Under the pieces are notes generated by a model. That model ran no database searches. It was not told where the DNA came from and saw nothing but the letters and a program-made list of their open reading frames with translations. From NCBI GenBank assembly GCA_043228905.1, contig JBHGNT010000010.1:20274001-20338000 (forward strand): a stretch of DNA of 64,000 nucleotides, written 5' to 3'. A program made the position numbers and the translations under genes. Source of the DNA: Azolla caroliniana. Lineage: Eukaryota; Plantae; Polypodiophyta. Below, piece after piece: positions 38,899-54,511 of the stretch (position 1 is its first letter; the number at the start of each line of letters is the position of its first letter).

Positions 38899-41800
38899 TC
38901 AGATAGGTCTCTTGCAAGATTTGATTCCCCATATTGTCTCTGCATATTCTCTGATCACCCTGTCACTGCTGAACTTGCCAGATTTTGCAGTATTTAGTAT
39001 GCTCATTTGTGTCCATCTCTTCTTGTCCACAAATGCTTTATCGACCGCAGCCTAGTCAGAAATCAAAGAAATTTTATGATCATAACACAAATCTGTCTCT
39101 CTATTTTTTCTTAGCATAATAGAGAGGATTCACTACACTCAAGAATCTGTCTTCAAACCCTCACCTGAGTTTTGGTAAGTGAAATTTGTAAAGCATTTTA
39201 ACAGCAAAATTTTGTTGTTATACAATAGTAACAAACTAAACATATGATCATATTCTTGGGTTTTAGAGAGTGAATTTGGAAAAGCCTTTGCGTTTACAGT
39301 AAAATAGTAAGTGTCTAACTAAATGCATGAAGATTTTATTTTGTAAATAACGAATTGCAACATCATGCTTATGAATTTGGATTCCTTGGACCATTCTTTT
39401 GTACGACTAAAATTTCTAAATCAAGGTTTCTCATGCAATCCCTTGTTTTTTAATTAAGGATATCTGGTTTTAGATAAATAAAAAACATTTACAAACACAT
39501 GCATAGTACAAGATAATATGACCAAATTACAAGGAAAAGAAAAATGTGAGAAAGAGAGATAGACAGATAAAGAAAAGAGAGAAGAAGACCTGTGCTTCGA
39601 GATATGGTATGAAATCCTTTCCAATGAGATAATAGTCTCCCCCCTCACCATCCACAGCATCACATAATGCCTTGAGATAATCTTGAAACCCGAAAAACCC
39701 ATTTCGGATCATACTTAAAACATACAGGAAATCATTTAGAACTTTCTCTATGTAACAGACAGTAGGAAGTATTTTTAGAACGGGAAAACTGAAGTAACTA
39801 ATTCCATACCCTAAAACACGATGGAGTTCACGAGGTGGGTGGAAATTGCGATGTTCTTCTCTGAATCGAGATACGTCATCTGCCGTCATGCCAAATGTGA
39901 ACTACATTGAAAAGGATAATATAAATACAAACAAAATGAGAATTATATCCACACATGCATTTTGATTAATACAACAATGAGCAATATAATTTATATTAGA
40001 ATTGAGCACTTTCTATGTAATATGAATGTCACATACAGATTCAAAGAATCCTAATGTAGTGGAAATTTGGCCAAATTTAATTATATGGTGTTCACATCTC
40101 AATTTAGATGATATGCCATTGCTTCTTGCTTTCAAATATTCTAATATCTCATAATTACACAAAGAAACGAAGAAGATTACTCTTCACGGAAATACCAACA
40201 TCATGCTACTCAAACTGGGATTTATTCCAGTATCATAAACTTAAGATCCCAGACCAAGTAGAAATAAACAATCTCAAGGGCATACTTCTGACTAGGTTAT
40301 TTAAACTGCATTATTCAATTAATGATCTCAACAGTATATACCTACGAGTAGCTTATAGTAAACAATTGTTAAACATAGTAAAAACAAATATTTGAATTCC
40401 ATGGCATTAACAATAAAAACGATGCATGCAGGATATAATACATGAAAAGAAAATCTTCAATGAAAACACAGACCATGTTTTCTTGTCCGATTTCATCTCG
40501 TATTTCTGTGTTTGCACCATCTAGTGTACCCAAAATTAGACACCCATTCATGGAAAACTTCATTATTCCAGTTCCTGATGCTTCACTTCCTGGTGTGCTG
40601 CATACAAAATCACACACAAATAATTTGTTAAACTATTATTATTTGTACCCACACAATGCTTGTCTAAATAATCCCCAGGTAAATATTTTCCAAGGTGGAA
40701 CCAATTATAATTCATGGGCTTGAATTTAATCAATTGAACCTAGGAATCGGCAACAGTTCGGTTTCGGCTTATCCAGTTTGGGAGTTTCTAAACTTGAATC
40801 GAACCGGTTCCTAAACAAGTTTAGCCAAGCCAATTAAGACTTAACTGGTTTGGAAACTGGTTTGGCCCAAATCTGCTGGGTTTGGCTTGAGCCATCCCAA
40901 ACTGAGCTTGAACCGGTTAAGGAAGCTCAGGCCTAAACCGAACCGCCAAACCGTTTAAAACGGTTTAACGGTTCAATTCAGGTTTGATCCGAGCCATTGC
41001 CGATTCCTAATTGAACCTAGAAAGGTGCAAAACTATGTGCATGTTTGAGACACAAAAGCCAAATGGGGTTAGAAGACTTAGGAAATAGGTTGTGGGAACT
41101 AGTTCTGTATTTTCCCCATAAGACTGGGAGGAACAAACTAGCAGATGAGGCCATGTCATTTTACAGAAAAGGAATCATCCATGCACCTAATATGATCGTG
41201 AAGATCTATAATCTACCAGCTTGCTACAAGCTTATAATGATTCAGAAACATTTTCTTTGCAGCTTTCCTCCATGTATAAGGTGAGGGATGAGAATAGTTT
41301 CAGGACAAGATGCTCTCATTAAAGCCATCTACAATCAATATCTCTCTAACCAACCTGATATGTTGCGAAAGATCACAGGCAGGAATGCTCAATTCTGCCA
41401 CTGAAACATTGTAATCTGGAATAAATACCTGCATTATTAAAAGGAAAATTATGAGCAACCCTAAACCACTCTGGAGAAGCAATTTTGCATTGAATCTTCA
41501 ACATATAGGTAGGGCAGTATCCTTTGGTAAAAGATTTTATAAACTTACCACTTTGAGAAGATCACCAACATCTGGATCTCTATTTACTTTATCTCCAACA
41601 GCATGAACTAGCTTAATTATTTTTCTTGCATATTCATATCCTGGTGCTGCTTTACCTGAGAAAATATGCACACGGGGGACAACATTCCTCCTTTCACTAG
41701 CTTGCATATTCTGCTCGAAAATAGTATTAACAACTAAATGAATGTTGCATTCAAGTACTTCAATATCACAGTAGACTGGTTAAAATTGACACCTTAATGC

Positions 41801-44800
41801 AGACATATCTGTGTATGATGCTAAGCAAGTTCAAAAATTGTCTTTTGTATTCATGTATCCTCTTCACTTGAGCATCAAAAATTGCATCCATGCTAACCTG
41901 CATTATTGAACTTAAAATAAGACCATGTCAAACTGCTAAGGATTGTTAGCAAACCTCGTTCTTGTCAGAAGGATGTGCTGAAAATTTTTATAAAATATTC
42001 CATGATGAAACGTAAAGTTGAGGATTTCGGTGTAGATGAAGAATACCTTAACACCACTAACTGTATGTATATACTCTGCTAGTCTTCTCTTGTTTTGTTG
42101 ACGAGCCTGCACACACAATTATTATATGAAATGAACTGTGAAAACAAAAAGTTTCATTCCCAGCATAGACAGCCACAATACTGATAGATTGGAAACCTGG
42201 TTCCATTCTTTCTGAAGTTCTGCATTACTTGCATGTTGACAAAGACCAGCAATGATATCCAAATCCTTTATCCATGCCTCTGTTCCAAGCCATTTTGTGA
42301 TTACATCTCGGAGGACAGGATTTCCGAATGCAAGCCATCGACGCTGGAGAAGCACAAATAATAGTGGATCAAATTTGTTTAAAACAAATATTAACACTAA
42401 ATCCAACCAATCAAATCTGAATATTAAAGATGTGTAGGTAACCAAATTAATGAAGTGCAGCAGAAAAGAAAACAACATTTTCAAGAACAGGACACTTTCT
42501 ACAAGTTCAATCATCTTCTCTGTTGTGCATTTCAACTGTTTACATCGGAACTCATGTTAGACTTACATTGACATCTATATCAAATTTCCCTGTTGATCTG
42601 ACATATTTTAATAATTGATACAAACCTGTGTCACGCCATTTGTTTTGTTCTGAAATTTGTGGGGCCAAATGCTATAGAAATCCTGCAAAGCATAGACAGA
42701 GAAGGTGGATTTCCAGATATAACGTGCACAAGCATATTTCATGATTTTATAAGATTATTAAGTTACCTTGAGAAGCACAGATTTAACATAGGTTGAATGC
42801 ATTTGTGAGACACCATTTACAGTATGAGAACCTACTAGAGCCAGATTTGCCATCCGAATCATCTGAGTCATATAAATCAATTACATTCATAAGCATACAA
42901 AGGGTTAATTGTTAGAATACAATCCATAACTAAACTAACCTTTGTAGAGCCTTCTTCAACAATGGACAATCGAGCCAATCGGCCAAAATCAGATCCAACT
43001 TTTTTCTTCATTTCTTCAATGAAAATGAGATTGATCTCAAAAATTATCTGCATATCAAAACACCTAGAGTTCTGATGTTTGCTTATTGAATATCAGACCC
43101 ATTTTTATTGTTAATATGTGTTTAGAAAACCACGAGAAATCTAACAGAAAACTATGATGGTCGGAAATAAATTAAGCGCGGATTAGTACAGCATCTCCTA
43201 TGTTATTCATGCATGTCTACCACAGACGTCTTTCACATGACATATCTCACCCAAGGATACAAGTAGACTCATCATAATGGACACTAGACTATCCACCAGC
43301 ACGTGGAAATACGAAAATAATGTCAAAAGAAAATACGTTCTTTTATGTTTTGTATGGAATCATTTCTTTTGTGTTTCTTTAATTACCATACGAATGATCA
43401 CACACAACATTGAGCATAATCTCAGGATATTGGTGCAACAGGCTTCACGATAGTGTGTTAATGCCTTTGTCTGCTGAAATGTGACATGAATATGTACCAA
43501 AAGATTGTTGGATTGACATTAAAAGCATGTACAACATCTACTATCGCAACAAAATGAGATAAAACCTCATCTCCACAAGTTTCTTTTAGTGATGATAGCG
43601 TTTACTTGAAAATGCATTTTAACTCTAGAATGAGATCATCATTAGAAATATGTAAGCAAGGTCTTACAATCTAATAAACACTTTGAAACAAAATGTATAT
43701 TTTCACGAATAAACACTTTACAATAATGACGGCTGGGAATGGATAAGGATTCGAATCAAGGACCTCATTCATAGCAGATAGATAAATGCTAGAATTATTT
43801 GAAAAAACGTTTAAATGAAAAGTGTAACTTCCCTTTCTTCCTCAATATTTCTGCAGGTTTTCTAATTTCAAAACCTTAATGGAAGCAATTGCCCAGTAGC
43901 TCTTGGGGGAAAAATTTATGGATATTCGTGATATAAGGATTCATGGAATTTTTCAAAATCAATCTATCTTTGTAATGAAACTTTCTCTGCAATCTTGCAC
44001 AGAAATATTTTTTGATCACAGGAAATCTACAACTTAGAGGATAAGATTCTGCCCCCACAGTGAGGAATTAACTGATGCAAATTGAATGGAAGGAGAGAGG
44101 TGGTGGAACTTAATTACTCCAATAATTATACTAATTTGTGTAAATCAAGCTAACACACTCAGACATCTTAGTATGATGTTGCTGTGTAGAATCTCAATTA
44201 CCACTAGTAGCATATGAAGCAAGCACACGTGCAAATGTAAAAATTATGAAGTTACATACTGAATAACCAATAATCAAGGGATTAACCGTGGTCTGCAGCT
44301 AACAGATGTATATTGAGTATGAGATAATGGCTCATTTATTTAGAGATGTATCAGTGGTTTGAGGCTAAATACACAATCCAGTAGTAATCAAGGGATTTAG
44401 ATAAAGCAAAATGAGACTAACAGAAGTGTATTGAGTATGAGGTAATGGCTCATTTATTTATATATATATATTAGTGGACATCAGGTGGAGAAGATTTAAA
44501 TCCAAAAATATCATGATGGCATTACAAATCGGACCAGAAGTTTAGAGGTCAAACATTTAACAAAAGTAACGCCACAATGCATTGATTCATGCTTACATGA
44601 AGGAGACTTTGACAAAAATTCAGGTACGATTCCAATCACAGAAATGCCATGATGAATCAATTCATGCATACCTGAAGATGCCGAGGCAGCAGACTTCCCA
44701 TCAGCTCTACTGGCCAATTCTCAAGTGATTCTGCAATAATTGCATGATTTGTGTATGAAAACACTCTGGTCACAATGCTCCATGCATCATTCCATTCCAA

Positions 44801-47800
44801 ATTCTCTTCATCAACAAGCATTCTCATCAGCTCTGCTACTGCAATAGCCGGATGAGTGTCATTCAAATGCAATGCAATCTGCAACAAAAAAGACATTAAG
44901 ACGGTGTTCATTCACAATTGATAAGGTATTAGTCAAAGGTATCTAACACATTTAGGATGCAATGCAGATTATACAAAGGTTCAGGTTAATAAACCTTATG
45001 TGGAAATTCCTCAAAGTTAGAATGGCAATCTTTGAAACGCCTAATTATGTCTTGGAGAGAGGCAGAAACGAAAAAATACTGTTGCTTCAAGCGCAGCTCC
45101 TTTCCCTGCATTGACGAAAATGAATCGTTCTTTCTGTAATATATTTTTATGAATTTATATTTTTAAGTTCTGAATTCAAAATCGCATCAAATAGTTAATG
45201 TTTTCCAATCAGAACACACACCATAAGGTTTACCTGATATGAACGATCATCGGGGTAAAGAATGCTACTGATTGCTTCCACTCTCTGTTTATTCAGGATA
45301 GCATTTACATAATCTCCAGTATTGAATGCCTCCTAAATATGAAAGAGAAATCATCAAGCATGAGCATGTGTTTGAGTTGGCACATTTGAATGCCTAGTAA
45401 TTTTCTTCGTTACTCATTTTAAGAGAATTTAATGCAAAGAGAATATTAATAGCATTCAATACTGGGATACCAAATCAAGTCCGCTGCTTGGCTTTGCTGC
45501 CCATAACCGTAGATTGATTGTGTTGTTTGTATTATAACCAGATATTGGATTGTCATATGCAACTGCCTCGACCTACAACATTAGCATGCTGACTCATCAA
45601 TTAACTTTTATCCTTCTTCCTCTCATATATGACTACTGAATGCATTTAATGTGGCATCAGACATGATAATATTTAATATTCTGCATACCATCTCATCAGG
45701 TATCCATTTATGATACTTCTTCCCATTTATTGTCTCGACCTCCACTTTACCGTAGAACTGCCAACCTCGAAAAAATTCACTGCAGGTTAGATGTTGCAAA
45801 GGATAAAATTCCACTCTATTTAAATTTATTCTCTTTCTGTGTACATAGGTTATGTGTACATATCAAAACCTTCAGCTAGATTGATGTTTATTCTATTTAT
45901 TAATAGTTTTTTGTTGGATGCTTCCTCAAGGAGTACATGTCCATTCAATATACACAAACTATATCACGAACACATTCCCGAATTCCAGTGTACACAGATG
46001 TGTTTGGTAGCTTGCAGGTTTGTCCAGGTTGTGAGTAATTTTCAGCAGATATGGTATACAAGAACATAATAGAAGAGTCGCTCCAGATATCACTCAAGAA
46101 CAATGCATACATCTCTTGAAGTGAGGGACTACAGTGCTTCTCACACAAACATTTTCAAAATAAACATACATAGTAACATGTCTTGAGCTCTATACTGAAG
46201 AAATAAACAATACATTTTGTGTTTTAGATAATAAAGTGATGCCTGATTGATGTCATGTGTTTAAAAAAAAATTGAGTTACACATGCTGCACCATGATGGC
46301 AAAGCAGCAAACTGATATATGCTGTAACTCTCAGGTGAACCATTATTTTCATCCTTACTTTACTAATCCCAAATAATATCATCACTATATTTAGACAAGA
46401 GCTATCAACCTTCAGAGTTGATATTAGTAGCATGTGCATGCACATGGAATAATCATAGTTCAATGGTGGCTTTGCACAGAGATCAATAACTGCAAATATT
46501 ATTCCTAAATGACAATTAATTTTGACAACACTATTCACATAATTTATCCTATTTCCCTCTAATCCCTATTTATACACTACCTTGACAGGATACGACACAT
46601 GCAAACGTTCAATTTCCCAAGGATTTCCAAAATTTAGCCAGAAATCAGGCTGCTCATGCTGAAAGCCATCTTTGATTTTCTGGCGGAACAAGCCATATTG
46701 ATAACGCAAGCCATAGCTGGTCAAAGTGCAAGAAAAATTAAAAATCTGAACATGAAAAGTTAAACTACTAGAGATACAGTTTTGCCATTGTATACCCCCA
46801 TGCTGGCAAGTCTAGAGTGGCAAATGAATCAAGAAAGCATGCAGCCAAACGTCCAAGTCCCCCATTTCCAAGAGCTGCATCAATCTCCTGCCACACTAGA
46901 CCTTGATTTCATAGGCAATACTCCAAAGAAAACACTGTTAATATCGCAATTTTGTGAGATTTTAGAAAACAAACCTGCTCTGCTAAAACCTCCAAGTTAA
47001 AACCCAGCTGCTGGAGAGCTTCAGCATACTGGTCTTTAATACCAAGATTAGAAAGGCTATTCAGCAATGAGCGGCCTGGTAAATATTTTAGCAATAGAAA
47101 TATTAATATCAAGTTTAATTTCAGATTCTCCAACCTATTTCAAGATGCATGTTTCACTATGTCATGTCATTTGGCACTGTAGAAGATTTTAAAAGAAACT
47201 TATGCTTAAAGATCGTTTGTAAAAGGTTCCCACTAACAAAAAGCCTAGAAGTATTGTCAGATCATATAACAGCATGGTGGTGGTTCAATTTACAAACTTT
47301 CTGGCTCCATTCTTACAAGCATTATTAAGAACCCAGACTAGTGACCCGCTCAATCAAACCCTTTGAACTTTCATCATAACCCTCTTCATAAACGTCCTCT
47401 AGAACTATAACCATGTCACCTGTCTTAAACTTGACAAAAAACCTCAAATTGTCTCCCAAAATCTGGGCCCAAACTCAATTGATGAAGAAAACACCCACCC
47501 TAATCCACATACACTCTACTTTTGCAAACACAGAGCCTCAAAACCCATTCTGTTCTAAATAACTGTCTCCACACTCTTTTATAGCGAGAAAAAACAAAAT
47601 CCAAGGAAAAAATGTCTTTTTACGAGAAAAAAGAAAAACTCTTAAATGTCTTGAATGGGGCTACAGAAGACTCCAAAATGTGTTACTGCACTTTCTGTAG
47701 CCATAGCAAGAACGAAAGCACGGGGTTACTGACCCATAAGGAACTCCATTGATAGGTAGAAGAGCCGTTTTGGATCTCTATCCTTAAAGAATTGTTGAGT

Positions 47801-49364
47801 ATCATTCCAACTTTCTAAGAGTCGATCACGTGCACTCCGAGCTGTGGCCTGTACATGAAGGTTGTAAATTTAGCTATTAGGATAGAGGTATGGGATGTTA
47901 TCATGAAAGAGCTAAGATAACGAGAAACACAGTGAAGAGTAAGCATCCAACAGTTTGGCTGCATTGATAGTGAAGAGATATCAAGTCGTGTTATAGCAAA
48001 ACTTACATAAAATATGGTTTCATTCACTTCATTTGCCTTGTCCAAAAGAAAAATTCCATAGATATGAAAAGTGTAACATACAGATCCAAGAATGAATATT
48101 CAAATATAACGTACTGCAGGTGTTGAGCATCTGTAACATGTATCACAATAGGAAGCTCAATAGAAGAAAAAACACTAAAGACTGTAAGCACCACTGGAAA
48201 AATTATAGTTGAAAATAACATTCCACTCGACTATCCACCAACAGAGATGGAATGCCCAAAATAGCAAGCATAAATCAATAGATATTGAGGTATCCCTTAT
48301 GACTAATAACTCTAGGTCATGAAACCAAATCAAATGCAATGAGTCTAAGTTAAAATCACAGTATTTGTATTTTTACTTTGTCTTCATTACAGGACCAGTA
48401 AAGTAGTATTTTGCATGTCTTTACAGATTCATTTTCCCTAGGACAAGGGTTGCAAATGTTTGCATTCCCTTATAAACGAAAATGCAAGTAAGCAGTAACA
48501 ATTTTCATTTTTCTTACAACAGATTCTGCAAATGTAGCAATAAATAACAATGTCAAATACCTGATAAGCTTCGAAGTCATCAAACCGGAACCGTGACCGA
48601 GCAATAGTGTACTCTACATGATCAACAATGCTCTTTTGGATGGAATAGACATCATTCTTAAGGTATTGATCCATGAGTCTGAAGAGTAGATCAGTTCGCC
48701 TTTGATACTCGCTAGATTCAATCTCAGACAGCTCATGTCTTTTATAAAGTTTAGTCGGCATCATTCTCTTTGCACAAATAGTTCTCTCCGATACAGGAGG
48801 CAGATGTTCATACATAGCATTAGAAAGAACTTTCTTCACATTTTCTATGTCTTTATCATTCACAAGTTTTGATCCTTCACGAGGGCCAGTATTGATCCAA
48901 AATTGCTCTCGAAGAATGCCATCTTCATACTCTATTTTGGCTTTAGAAACAGAGAACCCAAGATTTTTCATTGCATTGATCACAAGGTGCAGAAAACCAG
49001 GGCCCCCAGCTGAAGTTATGTGAACAATAGTGTGAGACGAATCGGTATCATTGTCGAAGTCTACTACTACGGAGGCGAGATTCACAGATGAGGAACCGGA
49101 ATCTAAATAGGAATGTTGATGAGATTGAGGATCAGAATCTTTCGTTGATTCCCCTGTATTGTTGTGTCTGAGTTTCTCCGTAGCTCCACATCGCATATGG
49201 TGACGAGATCGGGCTACCACTGTGCATGGAGGATAACTAGAGTTTCTGCATTGAATGTAATTAGGGTTTGTGCATTGAGCTATATTAGGATTAACGCATT
49301 GACACGAGGGTATTAGCGAGGTGCGGCAGAGCAACTTATCTTGATAATGGGCAAGGCTTAGCAT
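38899..49364 (-). CDS. Alpha-1,4-glucan (starch/glycogen) phosphorylase, GT35, with N-terminal transit-peptide-like leader and ACT-like domain; 22 exons, about 1045 aa
   Basis: Exons 49364-48561, 47848-47734, 47075-46975, 46887-46796, 46716-46581, 45757-45689, 45572-45471, 45332-45234, 45105-44995, 44878-44672, 43047-42940, 42862-42767, 42682-42626, 42343-42197, 42106-42047, 41897-41793, 41710-41549, 41428-41355, 40597-40474, 39901-39810, 39713-39590 and 39051-38899 (TGA); 3138 nt, all GT-AG and in phase. Motifs: [80 protein letters not shown]-binding [22 protein letters not shown]. Confidence 0.95.
40741..41009. mobile_element. hAT-type MITE (269 bp) in phosphorylase intron 18
   Basis: Perfect 13-bp TIR TAGGAATCGGCAA / TTGCCGATTCCTA. 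Perfect 8-bp TSD ATTGAACC at 40733-40740 and 41010-41017. AAACCG/CGGTTT subterminal motifs are present. Confidence 0.95.
44270..44477. repeat. Diverged tandem duplication (about 110-115 bp) in phosphorylase intron 10
   Basis: taatcaagggatt...ctaacaga....tattgagtatgag.taatggctcatttattta occurs twice. Confidence 0.8.
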
Positions 49365-49558
49365 CCTCTCTCTTTCTGTTCCTGCTTCTTTTCGCTCCTC
49401 TACGGCCTGTCTTTCTCTGGTGAACCCCTAAGTTATGCCGTTCTCTCTGTGTCCTGATAAACCCCGAGTGAACCCTAAAACTGTCGATCCTACGCAGGAG
49501 GAGCTCGTCCTTTCCGTGAAAACGGAAACCAACCGAATGAATTAAGGAAAGTCTTAAC

Positions 49559-49600
<42 letters not shown>

Positions 49601-49674
49601 AAGAGAATGTTTAGTATTTACTGATTTGCTCAAAATGCTGCAGAAAACTGGGGCCACATAAAACATAAAAGTCC

Positions 49675-49955
49675 GGCCCGAGCTTCTTGTCCGGCCAAAC
49701 CGAAACCCTATAGTCCTTCATGGCCCGAGCTTCTTCTCGGGATGTCCGCCCAAACCAAAACCCTATAGTCCTTCATGGCCCGAGCTTCTTCTTGGGATGT
49801 CCGCCCAAACCGAAACCCTACTCCTCCATGGCCCGAGCTTCTTCTCGGGGATGTCCGCCCAAACCAAAACCCTACTCCTGTACCAACCACCCGCCCACCC
49901 AACCAAATCCATACCCACGTCTCAAGTCTCAGGATGTCCGCCCAAACCAAAACCC
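49675..49955. promoter_or_regulatory. About 54-bp minisatellite upstream of the phosphorylase, each unit carrying a telo-box (AAACCCTA) and GCCCR motifs
   Basis: The unit tggcccgagcttcttctcgggatgtccgcccaaacc(a/g)aaacccta... starts at about 49675, 49721, 49776 and 49829, with a partial copy at about 49931. It lies about 310-590 bp upstream of the ATG. The repeat is certain; the regulatory role is inferred. Confidence 0.6.
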
Positions 49956-50528
49956 TCCTCCTCTACCAATTCCACATAAGTGTTTCAAGAACACTCGCAC
50001 TTCCACATTGATCCCCTCCACCCTCACAATTTTATGAGAAGTAAGAGAAAGCACCTACTAGATTCCTTAATACAGTTTGATTAATCTTCACTTCGCATGA
50101 TTAAAGAGAACCTCGACTTCGTTATTTTCTTTAACGTAGGAGCATGTATATGTGGTAAACTCCCCTTCGATAAACAGCATTAGACCCCAGCCCTTATAGT
50201 GTATCTTTCACCTCCTCCGCATTGGGTTGACACTCCTCACATATGCATGTTGCAAACTTACAGCAAAACAAATATTTAATTTTTGAAAAGATATCCTTCG
50301 CACTGGATTTGATACAGATAGTGTCCTGAACAGTTCAGGTAAGAAAACTATACTGTAATGGCTTTTGAAGCTCTTAATATCAACTTACAAAGAAGTTAAT
50401 GAAGAGATGAGATGGTTCCATTACCAGAATTCCCATTTTGGGCACACTAAACAAGGTGTTGTCGTTACAATGGAAATGTTCTTTGCAGTAACTTTGGATC
50501 CAAAATCAAATTTTGTTACCACATGTCA

Positions 50529-50576
<48 letters not shown>

Positions 50577-51041
50577 CGATATACATATACACATACATTG
50601 CAACACATACCAATTTATATTCCTCACATTAATTGCATGCCTTGCATATCCATTTGTTTGATAACTTACAAGTCAACACGTAATACTTATGTTTTAACAT
50701 GTAGGTCTAGCTTCATTTGTAACCCTAACCAATGAATAATTGCCACATCTAATCCAAGGATCAAATGTAGTAGTACAAAGTGCCTACTTTACAAGCAACT
50801 GTTGATCAATTCAAGCCAATTCTAAAACAATATATCTTTTCCGTGTAAAACAAAACTGCAAATTAATCCCCCACTGATATGGGGTACCATTACACAAAAA
50901 AACATACCCAGAATTCGTATACAAAATGCTAGTAGAATATGACCAAAATGTCAGCAGAAAACTACAAACAGGTATGTTCTACATCCATCAAACCTCACAA
51001 ACTAGATGGTAATAATCTTAGCATCAAAATATTAATTTCAT

Positions 51042-53034
<1,993 letters not shown>

Positions 53035-54459
53035 TTTTCACTACTGAGAAATAGAAGGTTAGAACAGTGTATCAAGAAAGAGAATTTGAACAGATCACAA
53101 ACATAAAATTCATTTCCTATGTATATTAACCCTTGACCGGGAAAAGAAAACAAATGCTCAGTGGAAAACAGAAGCCAAATGAAGGCAAGGATCAAAGCAA
53201 AGGGTGAAAATTTTCTTGCATGGGGAACAAGAAAAAGAAGAAGACAAAACCAAATGAAGACATGGATGCAGAAATACAAAACATGAAATGGCTACAGTAG
53301 GACAAATGGTGCAGATTAAATAAAATAAAATAATTGAAGATGAAGCAAATGAGAAGAAAATACACAAAAAAAAGACTAAAGAAGAGATATTTTACAGAGA
53401 AATATGAGAAAAGATGAAGAATTTAGACTGAACTGATAGCTTGAAAGAGAAAGCAAAAAATTACAGCTAATGACAGACAGCATCAATTTGAATAAAAGAA
53501 AACACGGAAATTGAAAAAGGCGGGATCTGAACCGGTGGAGAAGAGAGAAACGAGAGGCGGGAGATTCAAACACAGAGGAGAACCAAAAGAAATATTTTGG
53601 GTACGCCAGTATACAGAGGTCATGCAGTAGAAGCCGATCTGATCTAGAGGAAAATATGTAAGTTTGAACACACGGGAGCGATAATTTTGTATACATATAC
53701 AGAGAAAGTGAAGGAGAGAAGAAAGACAGAAGTTCAATCCAAAAGAAGAACAGATGCAGGGAAAGAAGGAAAATGAACTAAGCAAGCTGGGAGATTTAAA
53801 TCAATTTGAATCAACTAAAGTTATATATATATTTCTGTCAAGAAATGCAGAGAAAGAGAAATGTGATGCATACCTTAGAGAATACGAGATCAGATCCAAA
53901 AGAAGATAAACAACATAGCAAGATGGATTGAACGATCCAAAGGAACTACAAAAAGAGGGGACGATTCAAAACATTCGGAGATACCTCAAGAGGTTGGGTA
54001 TATATACAAAGGATGAGAAGCATCAATGGCATATCTAATAGAATATGTGCGCCAAACCGAGGAAAGACGAACAGATTTAGGAAAGAAGAAAGTAAGGAGA
54101 TTCGTAGAGAATTGAGCGCGAGATTTGAAACACACCAAAAATGAGGCTACATATTTGTAGGCGTACAGAGATAGTGGAGGAGCTGCTATAACATACCTGA
54201 GCAAAGAGAGAAGGCGATCCAAAGAAGAAGAAGAAGAGGTTTGATGAAAGAGAGAGACAGCGATCGAATACAAAGGGGGAGAAGGAGGAAGGCAAGAAAT
54301 AAGGGGGGGGGAGAGGAGAGAGATGCACAGAGAAGTGGGGAGGGTAAAGACGGAAGGAGCAATCGATCGATCGATCGATAGAGATGGATAATAAAGAAGA
54401 ATGGAAAGAAAGGCGGGAGATTCAAACAGAATTGAAAAAATGTGAAGCAGATCGATATA

Positions 54460-54460
54460 C

Positions 54461-54511
<51 letters not shown>

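Noticed and set aside
45462-45470. Possible U12-type donor (GTATCC) in phosphorylase intron 7
   Set aside because: It reads GTATCCCAG rather than GTATCCTT, and no TCCTTAAC branch site lies near the acceptor.
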